From positions 73,255 through 137,254 of the forward strand of contig CAVUMN010000002.1 of NCBI GenBank assembly GCA_963742735.1: a DNA stretch of 64,000 nt, in the 5' to 3' direction. Below the pieces are notes generated by a model. It was not told the origin of the DNA, ran no database searches, and saw only the letters and a program-made list of their open reading frames with translations. The stretch comes from an uncultured Actinomycetes bacterium. GTDB taxonomy: Bacteria > Actinomycetota > UBA4738 > JBBDTT01. Of this stretch, positions 1 through 10,448 are shown one piece after another. The stretch's first letter is position 1. Each line of letters opens with the position of its first letter. The position numbers were made by a program, and so were the translations under genes.

Positions 1-844
1 GCCGGTTGAGGTAGCCCTTGCTGGCCAGGGGGACCAGGACGGTCAGTGCCACCGCCACCGAGAGCGTGAGCAGCGCCGCGACGCAGCCGAGGAAGAACAT
101 CGGCCAGGGCTTCTTCAGCCAGTGCTCGTGGGTGGTGTGGTGCTGCTCGGGGTCGAGCTCGGGCAGGACCCGGTCCAGGAGCTTGAACGAGACGAGGATC
201 ACGCCGAGGCCGACCGGGAACAGCAGCCCGAGCGGCAGGTTGTCGGAGGCCAGGTTCACCGCCCAGCCCCAGCCGCCGTCGATCAGGCTCTGGAGCTCGC
301 TCGAGGCCGTCCAGTGGACGCCGTCGAGCAGGCCCAATCGCAGGATCCCGTAGCCGAGCATCATCCCCGGCAGGTACTGCACCGCCGTCATCGACAGCGC
401 CAGCACGCCCATCCCCAGCGAGGTCTTCCGGTCCTTGCTGCGGACGTAGTAGATGAACCCGATCAGCAGGACGATGAAGGACGCCCCCAGGCGCGAGCCC
501 GAGAGCATGGTGAATGTCTGCAGGGGCGTGATCCCGCCCGCGGAGTGGAACGACAGCGCGGTGGCGGCGATCGGGGAGCCGGAGAGGACGATGTACGCGC
601 CGATCCACCCCAGCCCCAGCGTGGAGATCCCGTTGTCGAAGAACCCCGAGTCCCGCAGCAGCGGGGCCAGGGCGCCGGCCCCCTTCTTCATCAGCTGGAT
701 GGCCAGGATGAACAGGAACATCGCCGGCAGGAAGTGGGCCAGCTTCGAGAGCACGACCTTCCAGTGCGGCAGGCCGTTGCGCTTGGGCTGGGGAACGAGG
801 TCGTCGCCGCTGTCGTCGGTGCCCGCAGTGCCTTCGGGGTTCAT
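1..844 (-). CDS. Na+/phosphate (Na/Pi) cotransporter family membrane protein, C-terminal part cut by window edge
   Basis: Not in the ORF track because it runs off the window. My reverse-strand translation from ATG 844..842 gives MNPEGTAGTDDSGDDLVPQPKRNGLPHWKVVLSKLAHFLPAMFLFILAIQLMKKGAGALAPLL...LGLGWIGAYIVLSGSPIAATALSF... It is multi-TM with G/C-rich third positions and looks like a Na/Pi-cotransporter. The start could also be GTG at 862. Confidence 0.6.
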   Translation of the reverse strand, partial: MNPEGTAGTDDSGDDLVPQPKRNGLPHWKVVLSKLAHFLPAMFLFILAIQLMKKGAGALAPLLRDSGFFDNGISTLGLGWIGAYIVLSGSPIAATALSFHSAGGITPLQTFTMLSGSRLGASFIVLLIGFIYYVRSKDRKTSLGMGVLALSMTAVQYLPGMMLGYGILRLGLLDGVHWTASSELQSLIDGGWGWAVNLASDNLPLGLLFPVGLGVILVSFKLLDRVLPELDPEQHHTTHEHWLKKPWPMFFLGCVAALLTLSVAVALTVLVPLASKGYLNR

Positions 845-1004
845 GGGGAGTTCGACGGCCACGGCAGGTTCGGTATCGGAGCTCAGAGGGTGATCCTTCG
901 GGGTCGGGGGGAAGGGTGGGCGGTAGGATATCGGCCCCCCTGGAGGGCGACAACGTCGGCGGGCGGCCGTCGGGCCCCCGGGATCCCAGGACCCGAGGTG
1001 ACGC

Positions 1005-3437
1005 GTGCGGAGATATGACCCGTTCGAGGTCGAGCCCAGGTGGGCCGAGCGATGGGAGGCCGAGGGCCGCTATCGTGCCGCCGGGCCCGACGACCCGCGT
1101 CCGAAGTTCTACGCGCTGGACATGTTCCCGTACCCCTCGGGCGACCTCCACATGGGCCACGCCGAGGCGTTCGCGATCGGCGACGTGGTCGCCCGCTACC
1201 GGGCGCTGCAGGGCCACAACGTGCTGCACCCCATCGGGTGGGACTCGTTCGGCCTGCCCGCCGAGAACGCCGCGATCAAGCGGGGGACCCACCCCCGCGA
1301 GTGGACCTACGCGAACATCGAGCAGCAGGCCGCCTCGTTCAAGGCCTACGGGATCTCCTTCGACTGGACCCGGCGGCTGCACACGAGCGACCCCGAGTAC
1401 TACAAGTGGACGCAGTGGCTGTTCCTGAAGCTGCACTCCATGGGGCTGGCGTACCGGAAGAACGCGCCCGCGAACTGGTGCCCCACCGACCAGACCGTGC
1501 TGGCCAACGAGCAGGTGATCAACGGGCTGTGCGAGCGGTGCGACACGCCGGTCGTTCGCAAGGACCTGACCCAGTGGTTCTTCAGGATCACCGACTACGC
1601 GCAGCGGCTCCTGGACGACATGGCCCAGCTGGAGGACGCCTGGCCCGAGCGGGTCCTGACCATGCAGCGCAACTGGATCGGGCGGTCCCAGGGCGCCGAG
1701 GTGACGTTCGAGATCGCCGAGACCGGCGAGAAGATGCCGGTGTTCACCACCCGCCCGGACACGCTGTGGGGGGTCACGTTCTTCGTCCTGGCCCCGGAGC
1801 ATCCCCGGGTGCTGGAGCTGGCGGCGGCCGGCGGGACGGCCGAGGAGGTCCGTGCGCTGCTCGACCGGCTGCAGGCCACCCCGCTGACGAACCGTGAGCA
1901 GGCCGAGTCCCGGGAGGGCGTGCCACTGGGGGTCCACGCGGTCAACCCGGTGAACGGCGAGAAGGTGCCGGTGTTCGTGGCCCCCTACGTGCTGATGGAG
2001 TACGGGACGGGCGCGGTGATGGGCGTGCCCGGCCACGACCAGCGCGACTTCGAGTTCGCCCGCCGGCACGGCCTGGAGGTGCGGGTGGTCATCGAGCCGA
2101 AGGGGTCCGACGAGATCGACCCCGCGACCATGACCGAGGCGTTCCCGCACGAGGGGGTCATGGTCCGCAGCGGCCCGTTCGACGGGGTGCCCTCGCCGGC
2201 CTCGATCGAGACCGTCATCGACTGGCTGGAGCAGGAGGGCAAGGGCCGGCGCGCGGTGTCGTTCCGGCTGCGGGACTGGCTGATCTCGCGGCAGCGGTAC
2301 TGGGGCGCGCCGATCCCGATCATCCACTGCCCCGAGCACGGCGAGGTCCCCGTCCCCGAGCAGGACCTGCCCGTGAAGCTGCCCCACAACGTGGACTTCT
2401 CGCCGAAGGGCATCTCGCCGCTGGCGACGGCCGAGGAGTTCGTGAACGTCACGTGTCCGGTGTGCGGCGCGGCCGCGAAGCGGGAGACCGACACGATGGA
2501 CACGTTCGTGGACTCCTCCTGGTACTTCCTGCGCTACCTGTCGCCGGGCGCCGAGGACCAGCCGTTCGACCCCGAGCAGGCGGCGCGCTGGATGCCGGTC
2601 GACCAGTACACCGGCGGGGTCGAGCACGCGATCCTGCACCTGCTGTATTCGCGGTTCTTCGCGAAGGCGCTGTTCGACGCCGGGCTGGTGAGCTTCACCG
2701 AGCCGTTCACGCGGCTGCAGAACCAGGGCCAGGTGATCATGGGCGGCGCGGCGATGAGCAAGAGCCGGGGCAACCTGGTCGAGTTCGCCGACGAGCGGGC
2801 GAAGTGGGGCGCGGACGTGGTGCGGCTGTCGATGCTGTTCGCCTCGCCGCCCGAGGACGACGTGGACTGGGCGACCGTCTCGGCCGACGGCGTGCGGTCG
2901 TGGGTGGGCCGGGTGTGGCGGGCCGTGAACGAGGCGGCCGGGCTCGCCGGTGCGATGTCGGACGAGCTGACGAAGTTCATGCACCACGCCACGGCGCGGG
3001 TCACCGAGGACCTGGACCGGTTCAAGTACAACACCGCGATCGCGCGGCTGATGGAGCTGACCACCGAGGTCGGGCGGGCGGCCCGGGCGGGCGAGCCCTC
3101 GAGGGAGGCGGCCGAGCGGCTCTCGCTGATGCTGGCGCCGTTCGCGCCCTTCCTGGCCGAGGAGCTGTGGCGCGAGGTCCTCGGCCACGACGAGAGCGTT
3201 CACGCGGCCCGGTGGCCGGAGTTCGACGCGGAGCTGGCCGCGCCCGAGGTGGTGACGATGGTGGTGCAGGTCGACGGCAAGGTCCGCGACCGCATCGAGG
3301 TCCCTCCCGACATCGCCGAGGAGGCTGCCGTGGCCACCGCCCGCGAGTCCGAGAACGCGATCCGCTACCTGCAGGGCCGCGAGATCGTGAAGGTCATCGC
3401 GCGCCCGCCCCGGCTGGTCAACTTCGTCACCCGCTAG
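1005..3437 (+). CDS. leuS: leucine--tRNA ligase
   Basis: 810-aa ORF with a HIGH-type motif ([15 protein letters not shown]) and KMSKS (AMSKSRGN). GTG start preceded by GAGGTG. Confidence 0.97.
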   Translation: MRRYDPFEVEPRWAERWEAEGRYRAAGPDDPRPKFYALDMFPYPSGDLHMGHAEAFAIGDVVARYRALQGHNVLHPIGWDSFGLPAENAAIKRGTHPREWTYANIEQQAASFKAYGISFDWTRRLHTSDPEYYKWTQWLFLKLHSMGLAYRKNAPANWCPTDQTVLANEQVINGLCERCDTPVVRKDLTQWFFRITDYAQRLLDDMAQLEDAWPERVLTMQRNWIGRSQGAEVTFEIAETGEKMPVFTTRPDTLWGVTFFVLAPEHPRVLELAAAGGTAEEVRALLDRLQATPLTNREQAESREGVPLGVHAVNPVNGEKVPVFVAPYVLMEYGTGAVMGVPGHDQRDFEFARRHGLEVRVVIEPKGSDEIDPATMTEAFPHEGVMVRSGPFDGVPSPASIETVIDWLEQEGKGRRAVSFRLRDWLISRQRYWGAPIPIIHCPEHGEVPVPEQDLPVKLPHNVDFSPKGISPLATAEEFVNVTCPVCGAAAKRETDTMDTFVDSSWYFLRYLSPGAEDQPFDPEQAARWMPVDQYTGGVEHAILHLLYSRFFAKALFDAGLVSFTEPFTRLQNQGQVIMGGAAMSKSRGNLVEFADERAKWGADVVRLSMLFASPPEDDVDWATVSADGVRSWVGRVWRAVNEAAGLAGAMSDELTKFMHHATARVTEDLDRFKYNTAIARLMELTTEVGRAARAGEPSREAAERLSLMLAPFAPFLAEELWREVLGHDESVHAARWPEFDAELAAPEVVTMVVQVDGKVRDRIEVPPDIAEEAAVATARESENAIRYLQGREIVKVIARPPRLVNFVTR

Positions 3438-3523
3438 TCCGGGAGCTTCTCCTCTCTCCGTGTCACTGGGTCGCGCTAGCCTGCGCGGCGTTCCTCCCCC
3501 GGGGATCGTTCGGGGGTCGTCGC

Positions 3524-4135
3524 GTGGAGGAACCGCTTCGTGAGCGGCTGGGCGACTGGGTCGCCGCGCTCGGCCGCCGCCAGCTGATCGGGCTCGCCTG
3601 CGTCGCGGTCGTGACCGTGGGCGGGGCCGCGCTGTGGTACGTGCGGTCGCTGCCCCGGGCGGTCGCGGTCACCCCGGCCGTGGCGCCCTCCGCGGTGGCC
3701 CGCGCGTCGCCGACTCCGCCGGCCCTGGTCGTGCACGTGGCCGGATGGGTCCGGCATCCGGGCGTCTACGAGTTCGCCGAGGGCTCCCGGGTGGTCGACG
3801 CCATCGAACGCGCCGGCGGGGCGAAGCAGGGGGCCGACCTGGCGGCGCTGAACCTCGCCGCGCTGCTCAGCGACGGCCAGCAGGTCCTGGTCCCGCGGCG
3901 CGGTCCGCCAGGTTCCACCGCGGGCACGGGCGTCGCTGCGAACGGCCTCATCAACATCAACACGGCCACGGCCGAGCAGCTCGAGGAGCTGCCGGGGATC
4001 GGGCCCGTCCTGGCCCAGAACATCGTCGACTACCGGACCGAGCACGGACCGTTCGCCACGGTGGAGGACCTCATGAACGTGAGCGGGATCGGGGAGGCTC
4101 GCCTGGAGGAGCTCCGGGACAAGGTGACCGTGTGA
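3524..4135 (+). CDS. comEA: ComEA family DNA-binding competence protein (TM anchor + SLBB + helix-hairpin-helix)
   Basis: C-terminal part of ORF 2453..4135: NINTATAEQLEELPGIGPVLAQNIVDYRTEHGPFATVEDLMNVSGIGEARL. In-frame GTG at 3524 precedes the TM segment LIGLACVAVVTVGGAALWY. Start is approximate. Confidence 0.85.
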   Translation: MEEPLRERLGDWVAALGRRQLIGLACVAVVTVGGAALWYVRSLPRAVAVTPAVAPSAVARASPTPPALVVHVAGWVRHPGVYEFAEGSRVVDAIERAGGAKQGADLAALNLAALLSDGQQVLVPRRGPPGSTAGTGVAANGLININTATAEQLEELPGIGPVLAQNIVDYRTEHGPFATVEDLMNVSGIGEARLEELRDKVTV

Positions 4136-6576
4136 GCGGGGCCTGGCTGGCCCCGGTCGCGGCCGGGGCGTTCTGGGCCGGCATCCTTGCGGCGGCCGGG
4201 GCGGGGCTCCGGGGTGGCTGGGCGTGGGCCGCGCTGGTGGCGGGCTGCGCGATGACCTCGGCCGCGGCGCTGCTGGTCGTGTACTCCGGGCCGGACGGGG
4301 AGCCGCTGTTGCGCGGCGCCGGGTTGCTTCCGCCGGTCGAGGCCGAGGGGCATCGGGGACGGGTGCTGGGAGCGGTCCGCGGCGTCCCGGCGCCTCCCGG
4401 ACCGCGCTCGTCGGTGGCGGCGTCCCTGTTGCTGGCGGTGGTCGGGATGTCGCTGCTCGGGGCGGGGTGGTTCTCGGTGCGCGACTCGGCCTCGGGGCGG
4501 TCGGTCCTGGCGGGGATCGGCGGATACGTGCGGGCCGAGGGGGTGATGTCGACCGACCCGCAGATCGGGCCGTTCGGGTGGTCGGCCCGGGCGCGCCTCG
4601 AGCGGGTGGCGTCGGACGCGGGAGCGTGGCGGGTCCACGAGCCCGTGTGGCTGCAGGGTCGCGGGCCGCCGCCGCCCGTCGAGCTGGGGGACCGGGTGCG
4701 GCTCTCCGGCGCGGCCGGCGAGATCCCCACGGGCGACTTCGGTGAGTACTTGCGTACGCAAGGAATCGCCGCGACGCTCCGCGTATCGGAGGTCGAGCGG
4801 ACCGCTCCGCCGGCCAACCCGCTGCTTCGCGCGGCCAACGCGGTCCGCAACGCGCTGCGCCGGGCGGCGCTGGAGCTGTGGCCGGAGCGACGGGCCGGGC
4901 TGTTCCTCGGCCTCGCCCTGGGCGACACGTCTCGCCTGGATCCCGGGCTGGAGGAGGACTTCCGGGCCACCGGCCTCGGACACCTCCTCGCGGTGAGCGG
5001 CTCGAACGTGGCGATGTTCCTCGGCCCCATCCTGATGGTGGCGGGGGCGGCGCGCGCCGGGCGACGGACCCGGTTCGTGGTGGGGATCGGGTCCGTGGCG
5101 TTCTTCGCGCTGCTGACTCGGGCCGAGCCGTCGGTCCTGCGCGCCTCGGTCATGGCCGGGCTGGTCCTGGTCGGGGTCTTCCTCGGTCGGGCCCGGTCGA
5201 CCCCGGCCGTGATGGGGACGGCCATCCTGATCCTGCTGGCGTTCGATCCGCGGCTGGCGTCGGCACTCGGGTTCCAGCTGTCGGTGGCGGCGACGGCGGG
5301 GATGGTCGCGTTCGCCACGCCCATCGCCGACCGGATCCCCGGGCCGAGGGCGGTGGCGATCGCCACAGGGGCGACCCTCGGGGCGCAGGCGGCGGTGACC
5401 CCGCTCCTGTTGTTTCGGTTCCACGTCGTGCCCACCGTGGCGCTGCCGGCGAACGTGCTGGCGTTTCCCGCCGTCGCGCCGGCCATGCTGGTCGGCCTGG
5501 CGGCGGCGGGGCTGTGGCTCGTCTGGCCGCCGGCGGGGGAGGCCCTCGCCTCGGTCGCGAACATGCCGATGGCCTACCTCTCCGGCGTGGCCGACCGGAT
5601 GGCGACGGCGCCGCTGCCCTCGCTGACCTCCGACGGGGGGCTGGACGCGTTCGTCCTCGGGATGGCCGTCCTGGCCTGGCTCGCCTTCAGGGTGCATCGG
5701 GCTCGCCGGCCGCGGACGCGCGACCCGGGCCGGCGGCGGGGGATCGCGGCGGCGGTCGTCATGGCCGTGGCGCTGCCCGCGCTGGTGTGGGGCCGCGCGC
5801 TGCGGGCCGGGCCGCCGGGGTCGCTCGAGGTCGTCTTCTTCGACGTCGGGCAAGGCGACGCGGCCCTGGTCCGCTCGCCCCAGGGCGCCGCGGTGCTGAT
5901 CGACGCAGGCCCCGAACCCGACCAGGTCGCGGCCGAGCTCGCCGCCGAGGGCGTCCACCGGCTCGACGTGGTGATCGCCACTCACGCTCACGCCGACCAC
6001 GTCGCGGGATTCCCCGCGGTGCTTGCCCGGTTCCCCGTGGGGCTGATGCTGGAGCCCGGATGCGGCGGCGAGTCGCCGGCGTACGAGGACCTGGTCCGCG
6101 CCCTGAGGGACGAGGAGATCACGCCGGCGCATCCACGGCCGGGCGACGCCTACCGGGTGGCCGACCTGCGCATCGACGTCCTCGGCCCGCCGGCCTGCTT
6201 CCGGGGGACCGAGTCCGACGAGAACAACGACTCGATCGTCGTTCGGATCTCGGCCGGCCCGGCGACCGTGCTGTTCACCGGCGACGTCGAGGAGCCCGCG
6301 CAGCTGGCGATCCTGGAGGCGGGGGTCGACGTCCGGGCCGCGGTCCTGAAGGTGCCGCACCACGGCGGCGGGACGTCCATGGACGAGTTCCTGCTCGAGG
6401 TGCACGCCGCGCTCGCCGTGGTCAGCGTCGGCGCCGGCAACGACTACGGGCACCCGGTGGAGTCGGTGCTGGTGACCCTTCGCGCCGCGGGCGCCCAGGT
6501 GGTGCGCACCGACCAGGCCGGAGAGGTGGTGGTTCGGTTCGGCCCCGACGGGCCGTACGTAGAATCGCCTCCGTGA
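4132..6576 (+). CDS. comEC: ComEC/Rec2 DNA internalisation channel with C-terminal metallo-beta-lactamase domain
   Basis: In-frame GTG at 4132 overlaps the comEA stop (GTGA). Polytopic membrane core, then VVFFDVGQGDAALV...ATHAHADHVAGF...VPHHGG. Confidence 0.9.
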   Translation: MSGAWLAPVAAGAFWAGILAAAGAGLRGGWAWAALVAGCAMTSAAALLVVYSGPDGEPLLRGAGLLPPVEAEGHRGRVLGAVRGVPAPPGPRSSVAASLLLAVVGMSLLGAGWFSVRDSASGRSVLAGIGGYVRAEGVMSTDPQIGPFGWSARARLERVASDAGAWRVHEPVWLQGRGPPPPVELGDRVRLSGAAGEIPTGDFGEYLRTQGIAATLRVSEVERTAPPANPLLRAANAVRNALRRAALELWPERRAGLFLGLALGDTSRLDPGLEEDFRATGLGHLLAVSGSNVAMFLGPILMVAGAARAGRRTRFVVGIGSVAFFALLTRAEPSVLRASVMAGLVLVGVFLGRARSTPAVMGTAILILLAFDPRLASALGFQLSVAATAGMVAFATPIADRIPGPRAVAIATGATLGAQAAVTPLLLFRFHVVPTVALPANVLAFPAVAPAMLVGLAAAGLWLVWPPAGEALASVANMPMAYLSGVADRMATAPLPSLTSDGGLDAFVLGMAVLAWLAFRVHRARRPRTRDPGRRRGIAAAVVMAVALPALVWGRALRAGPPGSLEVVFFDVGQGDAALVRSPQGAAVLIDAGPEPDQVAAELAAEGVHRLDVVIATHAHADHVAGFPAVLARFPVGLMLEPGCGGESPAYEDLVRALRDEEITPAHPRPGDAYRVADLRIDVLGPPACFRGTESDENNDSIVVRISAGPATVLFTGDVEEPAQLAILEAGVDVRAAVLKVPHHGGGTSMDEFLLEVHAALAVVSVGAGNDYGHPVESVLVTLRAAGAQVVRTDQAGEVVVRFGPDGPYVESPP

Positions 6577-7547
6577 CGGGCGCGCCGATCCGGCTGCTGT
6601 GGGGGGAGGACTCGTTCCTCGTCCGGGAGGCGGCGATCGAGGCCCTCGACGGCATCCAGCCCCGCGAGGTCGACGGCGCCGACTGGTCCGGCGGCGAGAC
6701 GGCCGACCTGGCCACGCCCTCGCTGTTCGGCGAGCCGCGCGCCCTGCTGATCACGAACTGCCAGGACCTGACCGACGAGGGTCTCCGCGAGCTGCGGACG
6801 TACGTGCTCTCGCCCTCGCCCGACGCGACCCTGGTCGTCACCGGCCGGGGGATCAAGGCCGCGCCGCCGATCGCCAAGGACTTCGAGAAGGCCGGGTTCA
6901 AGCCCGAACGCATCGAGCTGGCCCGCAAGGAGCTCTCCGGCTGGCTGGTCAAGCGGGCCCGGGCCCGGGACATCCAGCTCCGCGCGCCGGCGGCGAACAC
7001 CCTGGTCGAGCTGATCGGGGAGAGCCCGGCCGAGCTCGACCGCGCCGTGGACCAGATGGCGGCGGCGTTCCCCGGCCGGCCCATCGAGCCCGCGCTGGTC
7101 GAGCGCCAGTTCCGGGGGCTCGGCGACCACAAGACCTGGGAGGTGTGCGACAAGGCGTTCGGCGGCGACCTGTCGGGCGCGATCCGGGCGCTGCAGGCGA
7201 TGCTCGCCGGTCGGGAGGAGCCGCTGGTGATCCTCGGCGGCATCGCCGCCCGGGTCCGCGACCTCCAGCGCGTCGCCGCGGTCCCCGCCGACGTGCAGCC
7301 GAAGGACGCCGCGCGGATGGCGGGCCTCCGGTTCGAGTGGCAGTTCAAGCGCTACCGCGACACCGCCCGCCGCCAGCCGCCCGGGGCGCTCGCGTCGCTG
7401 CACCTGGCCGTGGCCAACGCCGACCGCGCGTTGAAGAACGGCGCCGGCGGCGACGTGGTCCTGCCGATGCTCCTCGCCCGCATCGCCGGCGAGGTCCCCG
7501 CCGACGCCCCCATCGAGGTCGGCTCGGTCGCCCGCGCCCTTCGCTGA
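6573..7547 (+). CDS. holA: DNA polymerase III subunit delta
   Basis: In-frame GTG at 6573 overlaps the comEC stop. The N-terminus IRLLWGEDSFLVREAAIEAL and the conserved position after comEC are typical of holA. Confidence 0.8.
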   Translation: MTGAPIRLLWGEDSFLVREAAIEALDGIQPREVDGADWSGGETADLATPSLFGEPRALLITNCQDLTDEGLRELRTYVLSPSPDATLVVTGRGIKAAPPIAKDFEKAGFKPERIELARKELSGWLVKRARARDIQLRAPAANTLVELIGESPAELDRAVDQMAAAFPGRPIEPALVERQFRGLGDHKTWEVCDKAFGGDLSGAIRALQAMLAGREEPLVILGGIAARVRDLQRVAAVPADVQPKDAARMAGLRFEWQFKRYRDTARRQPPGALASLHLAVANADRALKNGAGGDVVLPMLLARIAGEVPADAPIEVGSVARALR

Positions 7548-7634
7548 GCCCGCCCGAGCCGGGTGTGAGGCGCGCCACGGTGTGGTCGGAATCCGGCGTC
7601 TAGAATCGCGCTCCCGAAAGGACGAGTACGCCCC

Positions 7635-8519
7635 ATGGCCCCAGCCCCGCCCGTCAGGATCGTCACGGACACCACCGGCTACCTGCCGCAGGAGCTGGTT
7701 ACCGAGCATGGGATCGAGCTCGTCTCTCTCTACTACTCCTTCGACGGCGCCGAGTGGCTGAAGGAGGACGACGTCGTGGACGGCGACTGGGGGCCGTTCT
7801 ACGAACGGCTCACCTCGTCCCCGGGTCTGCCCACCACGCGGCCGCCCGAGGTCGAGGACTTCCGCGCGGTCTACGAGCCGATCCTGGCGACCGGCGCCGG
7901 CATCGTCTCGCTCCACATCTCCTCGGGCCTCTCCGAGACCTGCGCGCACGCCCGCAAGGCCGGCGAGCAGCTCGCCGACGAGGGGCTGGGCGCGGAGCGC
8001 ATCCTGGTCGTGGACGCCGCGTGCACGGGCGGCCAGCAGGGCTTGCTGGCGCTGGCGGCCGCGCGGGCGGCGGAGGGGGGCGCCGACGCCGAGGCGGTGG
8101 CCGACCACGTCCGGCGGGCCCGTCTGGAGGCCCGGAGCTGGTTCACGCTGGACACCCTGGAGTTCCTCAAGCGCGGCGGACGGATCGGCGGCGGCGCGGC
8201 GTGGCTCGGCTCGACCCTGAGGATCAAGCCCATCCTGACCATCCAGTCCGAGGTCCACGCGGTTGAGCGCGTCCGAACCCGCGAGCGCGCCGTCGAGCGC
8301 CTCATCGAGTTCGGCCGCGAGCTGCACGCCGGCGGCGCCGACGGGTACTGCGTACAGCACGCTCGCTGCGAGCCGGAGGCCCGCCACGTCGTCGACCGGC
8401 TTTCGGAGGTCTACGAGCGCCCGCCCGTGTTCGTGGGGGAGATGGGCCCGGTCCTGGGGACCCATGGCGGGCCGGGGTTCCTGGGCGTCGCCGGGTTACC
8501 ATCCGGCTTCCTCGAGTAG
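7635..8519 (+). CDS. DegV family (FakB-like fatty-acid-binding) protein, paralog 1
   Basis: 294-aa ORF: VRIVTDTTGYLP...SLHISSGLSETC...LDTLEFLKRGGRIG...GTHGGPG. TAGAAT hexamer at 7601-7606. Confidence 0.9.
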   Translation: MAPAPPVRIVTDTTGYLPQELVTEHGIELVSLYYSFDGAEWLKEDDVVDGDWGPFYERLTSSPGLPTTRPPEVEDFRAVYEPILATGAGIVSLHISSGLSETCAHARKAGEQLADEGLGAERILVVDAACTGGQQGLLALAAARAAEGGADAEAVADHVRRARLEARSWFTLDTLEFLKRGGRIGGGAAWLGSTLRIKPILTIQSEVHAVERVRTRERAVERLIEFGRELHAGGADGYCVQHARCEPEARHVVDRLSEVYERPPVFVGEMGPVLGTHGGPGFLGVAGLPSGFLE

Positions 8520-8538
8520 CCATGGAGAGCCCCAAGCC

Positions 8539-9417
8539 ATGACGACGCCGGTCACGGTGGTCACCGACACCACGGCCTACCTGCCGCGCGAGACGGTGGA
8601 CAAGCACGGCCTGCGCGTGATCTCCCTCTACTACTCGTTCGGCAACGACGAGTGGATCAAGGAGAGCGACCACGACGGCGGCGACTGGGGATCGTTCTAC
8701 GAGCGCCTGTCGAGCTCCGACACCCTCCCCACCACCCAGCCCCCCACGGTCGAGGACTTCCGTGCGGTCTACGAGCCCCTCCTGGCGGAGGGCGGAAGCG
8801 TGGTCTCGATCCACCTGTCGTCGGTGCTGTCGGAGACGTGCGCCAACGCCCGCAAGGCGGTGGAGGAGCTCACCGAGGCCAGCCGGGGCGGGGACCGAGT
8901 CCGGGTGATCGACTCGGCGAGCACCGCGGTCCAGGAAGGGCTGTTGGCCCTGGCCGCGGCGCATGCCGCCGGGGAGGGCAAGGACGCGGACTCGGTCACG
9001 GAGGTGATCCGGTCCGCGCGGGCCGAGGCCAAGAACTGGTTCGTGCTCGACACCCTGGAGTACCTGAAGCGCGGCGGCCGGATCGGCGGCGCGACGGCGT
9101 GGATGGGGTCGGCGCTGCAGGTGAAGCCGGTCTTGACCCTCGAGTCGGGGATCCGCGCGGTGGAGCGCGTTCGGACGGCCGACAAGGCGTTCGTGCGCCT
9201 GGTCGAGTACGGCCACCAGCTCCACGGCGCCGGGGCCGACGCGTGGGCCGTGCAGCACTCCCGGCGGGAGGACGACGCCCGCAAGCTGATCGACCGCCTC
9301 TCCCACGTGTTCGGCCGCGCGCCCGAGTTCGTCTCCGAGGTAGGCCCGGTCATCGGGACGCACGCCGGTCCGGGCGCGTTCGGCCTCGGTGGCATCCCCT
9401 CCAGGTTCCTCGGCTAG
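8539..9417 (+). CDS. DegV family protein, paralog 2
   Basis: ATG at 8539 (GGAGAG 9 nt upstream), in frame with ORF 8263..9417. MTTPVTVVTDTTAYLP...LDTLEYLKRGGRIG...GTHAGPG. Confidence 0.9.
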   Translation: MTTPVTVVTDTTAYLPRETVDKHGLRVISLYYSFGNDEWIKESDHDGGDWGSFYERLSSSDTLPTTQPPTVEDFRAVYEPLLAEGGSVVSIHLSSVLSETCANARKAVEELTEASRGGDRVRVIDSASTAVQEGLLALAAAHAAGEGKDADSVTEVIRSARAEAKNWFVLDTLEYLKRGGRIGGATAWMGSALQVKPVLTLESGIRAVERVRTADKAFVRLVEYGHQLHGAGADAWAVQHSRREDDARKLIDRLSHVFGRAPEFVSEVGPVIGTHAGPGAFGLGGIPSRFLG

Positions 9418-9565
9418 CTCTCCAGAAAGAGACCAGGGTCACAGTGTGCTCAAGGTCGGTCACTCTTCCCGTTCCGTACGGGCAGGACTAGAATGTGCTT
9501 GGTTCGAAGTAACTAGTCACCCGACACAGGAGCGCCCCGATGATCGAGCCACGCGAGGTCCCATC

Positions 9566-10444
9566 GTGACCTCGCCCGTCACGGTCGTCACCGACAGCAC
9601 GGCCTACCTCCCGCGCGAGCTCATCGCCAAGCACGGGATCGAGCTCATCTCCCTGTACTACAGCTTCGACGGCGTCGAGTGGCTGAAGGAGGGCGACGTC
9701 GAGGGCGAGGACTGGGGCCCGTTCTACGATCGCCTGGTCGCGTCCGAGACGATGCCGACCACCCGGCCCCCGCACGTCGAGGACTTCCGCGCGCTGTACG
9801 AGCCGATCCTGGCCGAGGGGCGAAGCATCGTCTCGATCCATCTGTCCTCCGGGCTGTCCGAGACGTGCGACCACGCGCGCAAGGCCGTGGAGGAGCTCAC
9901 CGAGGAGGGCCTCGGCGGGGAGCGGGTGCACGTGGTCGACTCGGCGAGCGCGTGCCTGCAGCAGGCTCTGCTCGTGCTGGTTGCCGCCCACGCCGCGGCC
10001 GAGGGAGGCGACCCCGACACGGTCTTCGACCAGGTCCGCCGGGCCCGGGTCGAGGCGCGCAACTGGTTCGCCCTCGACACGCTCGAGTTCCTGAAGCGCG
10101 GCGGCCGGGTCGGCGGCGCCGCGGCCTGGCTGGGCTCGACGCTGAAGATCAAGCCCATCCTGACCGTGGAGTCGGAGATCAAGGCCGTCGAACGGGTGCG
10201 AACCTCCGACCGCGCGTTCGAGCGCCTGATCGAGTGCGGGCGCCAGCTCCACGGCGCGGGCGCGGACGCCTACGTCGTCCAGCACGCCCGCGCGGGGAAG
10301 GAGGCGCAGGTCCTGAGCGAGCGGCTGCACGAGGTCTTCGGCAGGCCGCCGGTGATGATGTCTGAGGTCGGGCCGGTCATCGGCACGCACACGGGGCCGG
10401 GACTGCTCGGCGTGGGCGGACTCCCGTCCAGATTCCTGGAGTAG
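9566..10444 (+). CDS. DegV family protein, paralog 3
   Basis: GTG at 9566 (GAGG upstream), in frame with ORF 9389..10444. VTSPVTVVTDSTAYLP...LDTLEFLKRGGRVG...GTHTGPG. Confidence 0.9.
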   Translation: MTSPVTVVTDSTAYLPRELIAKHGIELISLYYSFDGVEWLKEGDVEGEDWGPFYDRLVASETMPTTRPPHVEDFRALYEPILAEGRSIVSIHLSSGLSETCDHARKAVEELTEEGLGGERVHVVDSASACLQQALLVLVAAHAAAEGGDPDTVFDQVRRARVEARNWFALDTLEFLKRGGRVGGAAAWLGSTLKIKPILTVESEIKAVERVRTSDRAFERLIECGRQLHGAGADAYVVQHARAGKEAQVLSERLHEVFGRPPVMMSEVGPVIGTHTGPGLLGVGGLPSRFLE

Positions 10445-10448
10445 GGCG

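Noticed and set aside
4030-6453. 807-aa reverse-strand ORF opposite comEC. Similar long antisense or off-frame ORFs occur at 6444-8465(-), 10377-12152(-), 12156-14099(-), 25288-27462(-), 30978-32525(-), 35955-37436(-), 56013-57893(-), 57560-59059(-), and as many + strand off-frame ORFs.
   Set aside because: These are typical high-GC artefacts. The translations are Arg/Pro/Gly/Ala-rich low-complexity strings with no motifs. Each lies entirely opposite to or out of frame with a gene that has clear family signatures and correct position-3 G/C bias.
9501-9509. GGTTCGAAG, resembling a tRNA T-loop, in the 148-bp gap between DegV paralogs 2 and 3.
   Set aside because: The flanking bases do not form a T-stem, and no acceptor or anticodon arms can be drawn. 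The gap is better explained as a promoter region (TAGAAT at 9489-9494).
9540-9569. 9-codon upstream ORF (MIEPREVPS) with a CAGGAG RBS whose TGA overlaps the GTG start of DegV paralog 3.
   Set aside because: It could be a coupling uORF, but such a short ORF is easily produced by chance, and I have no conservation or expression evidence. It is noted here only.
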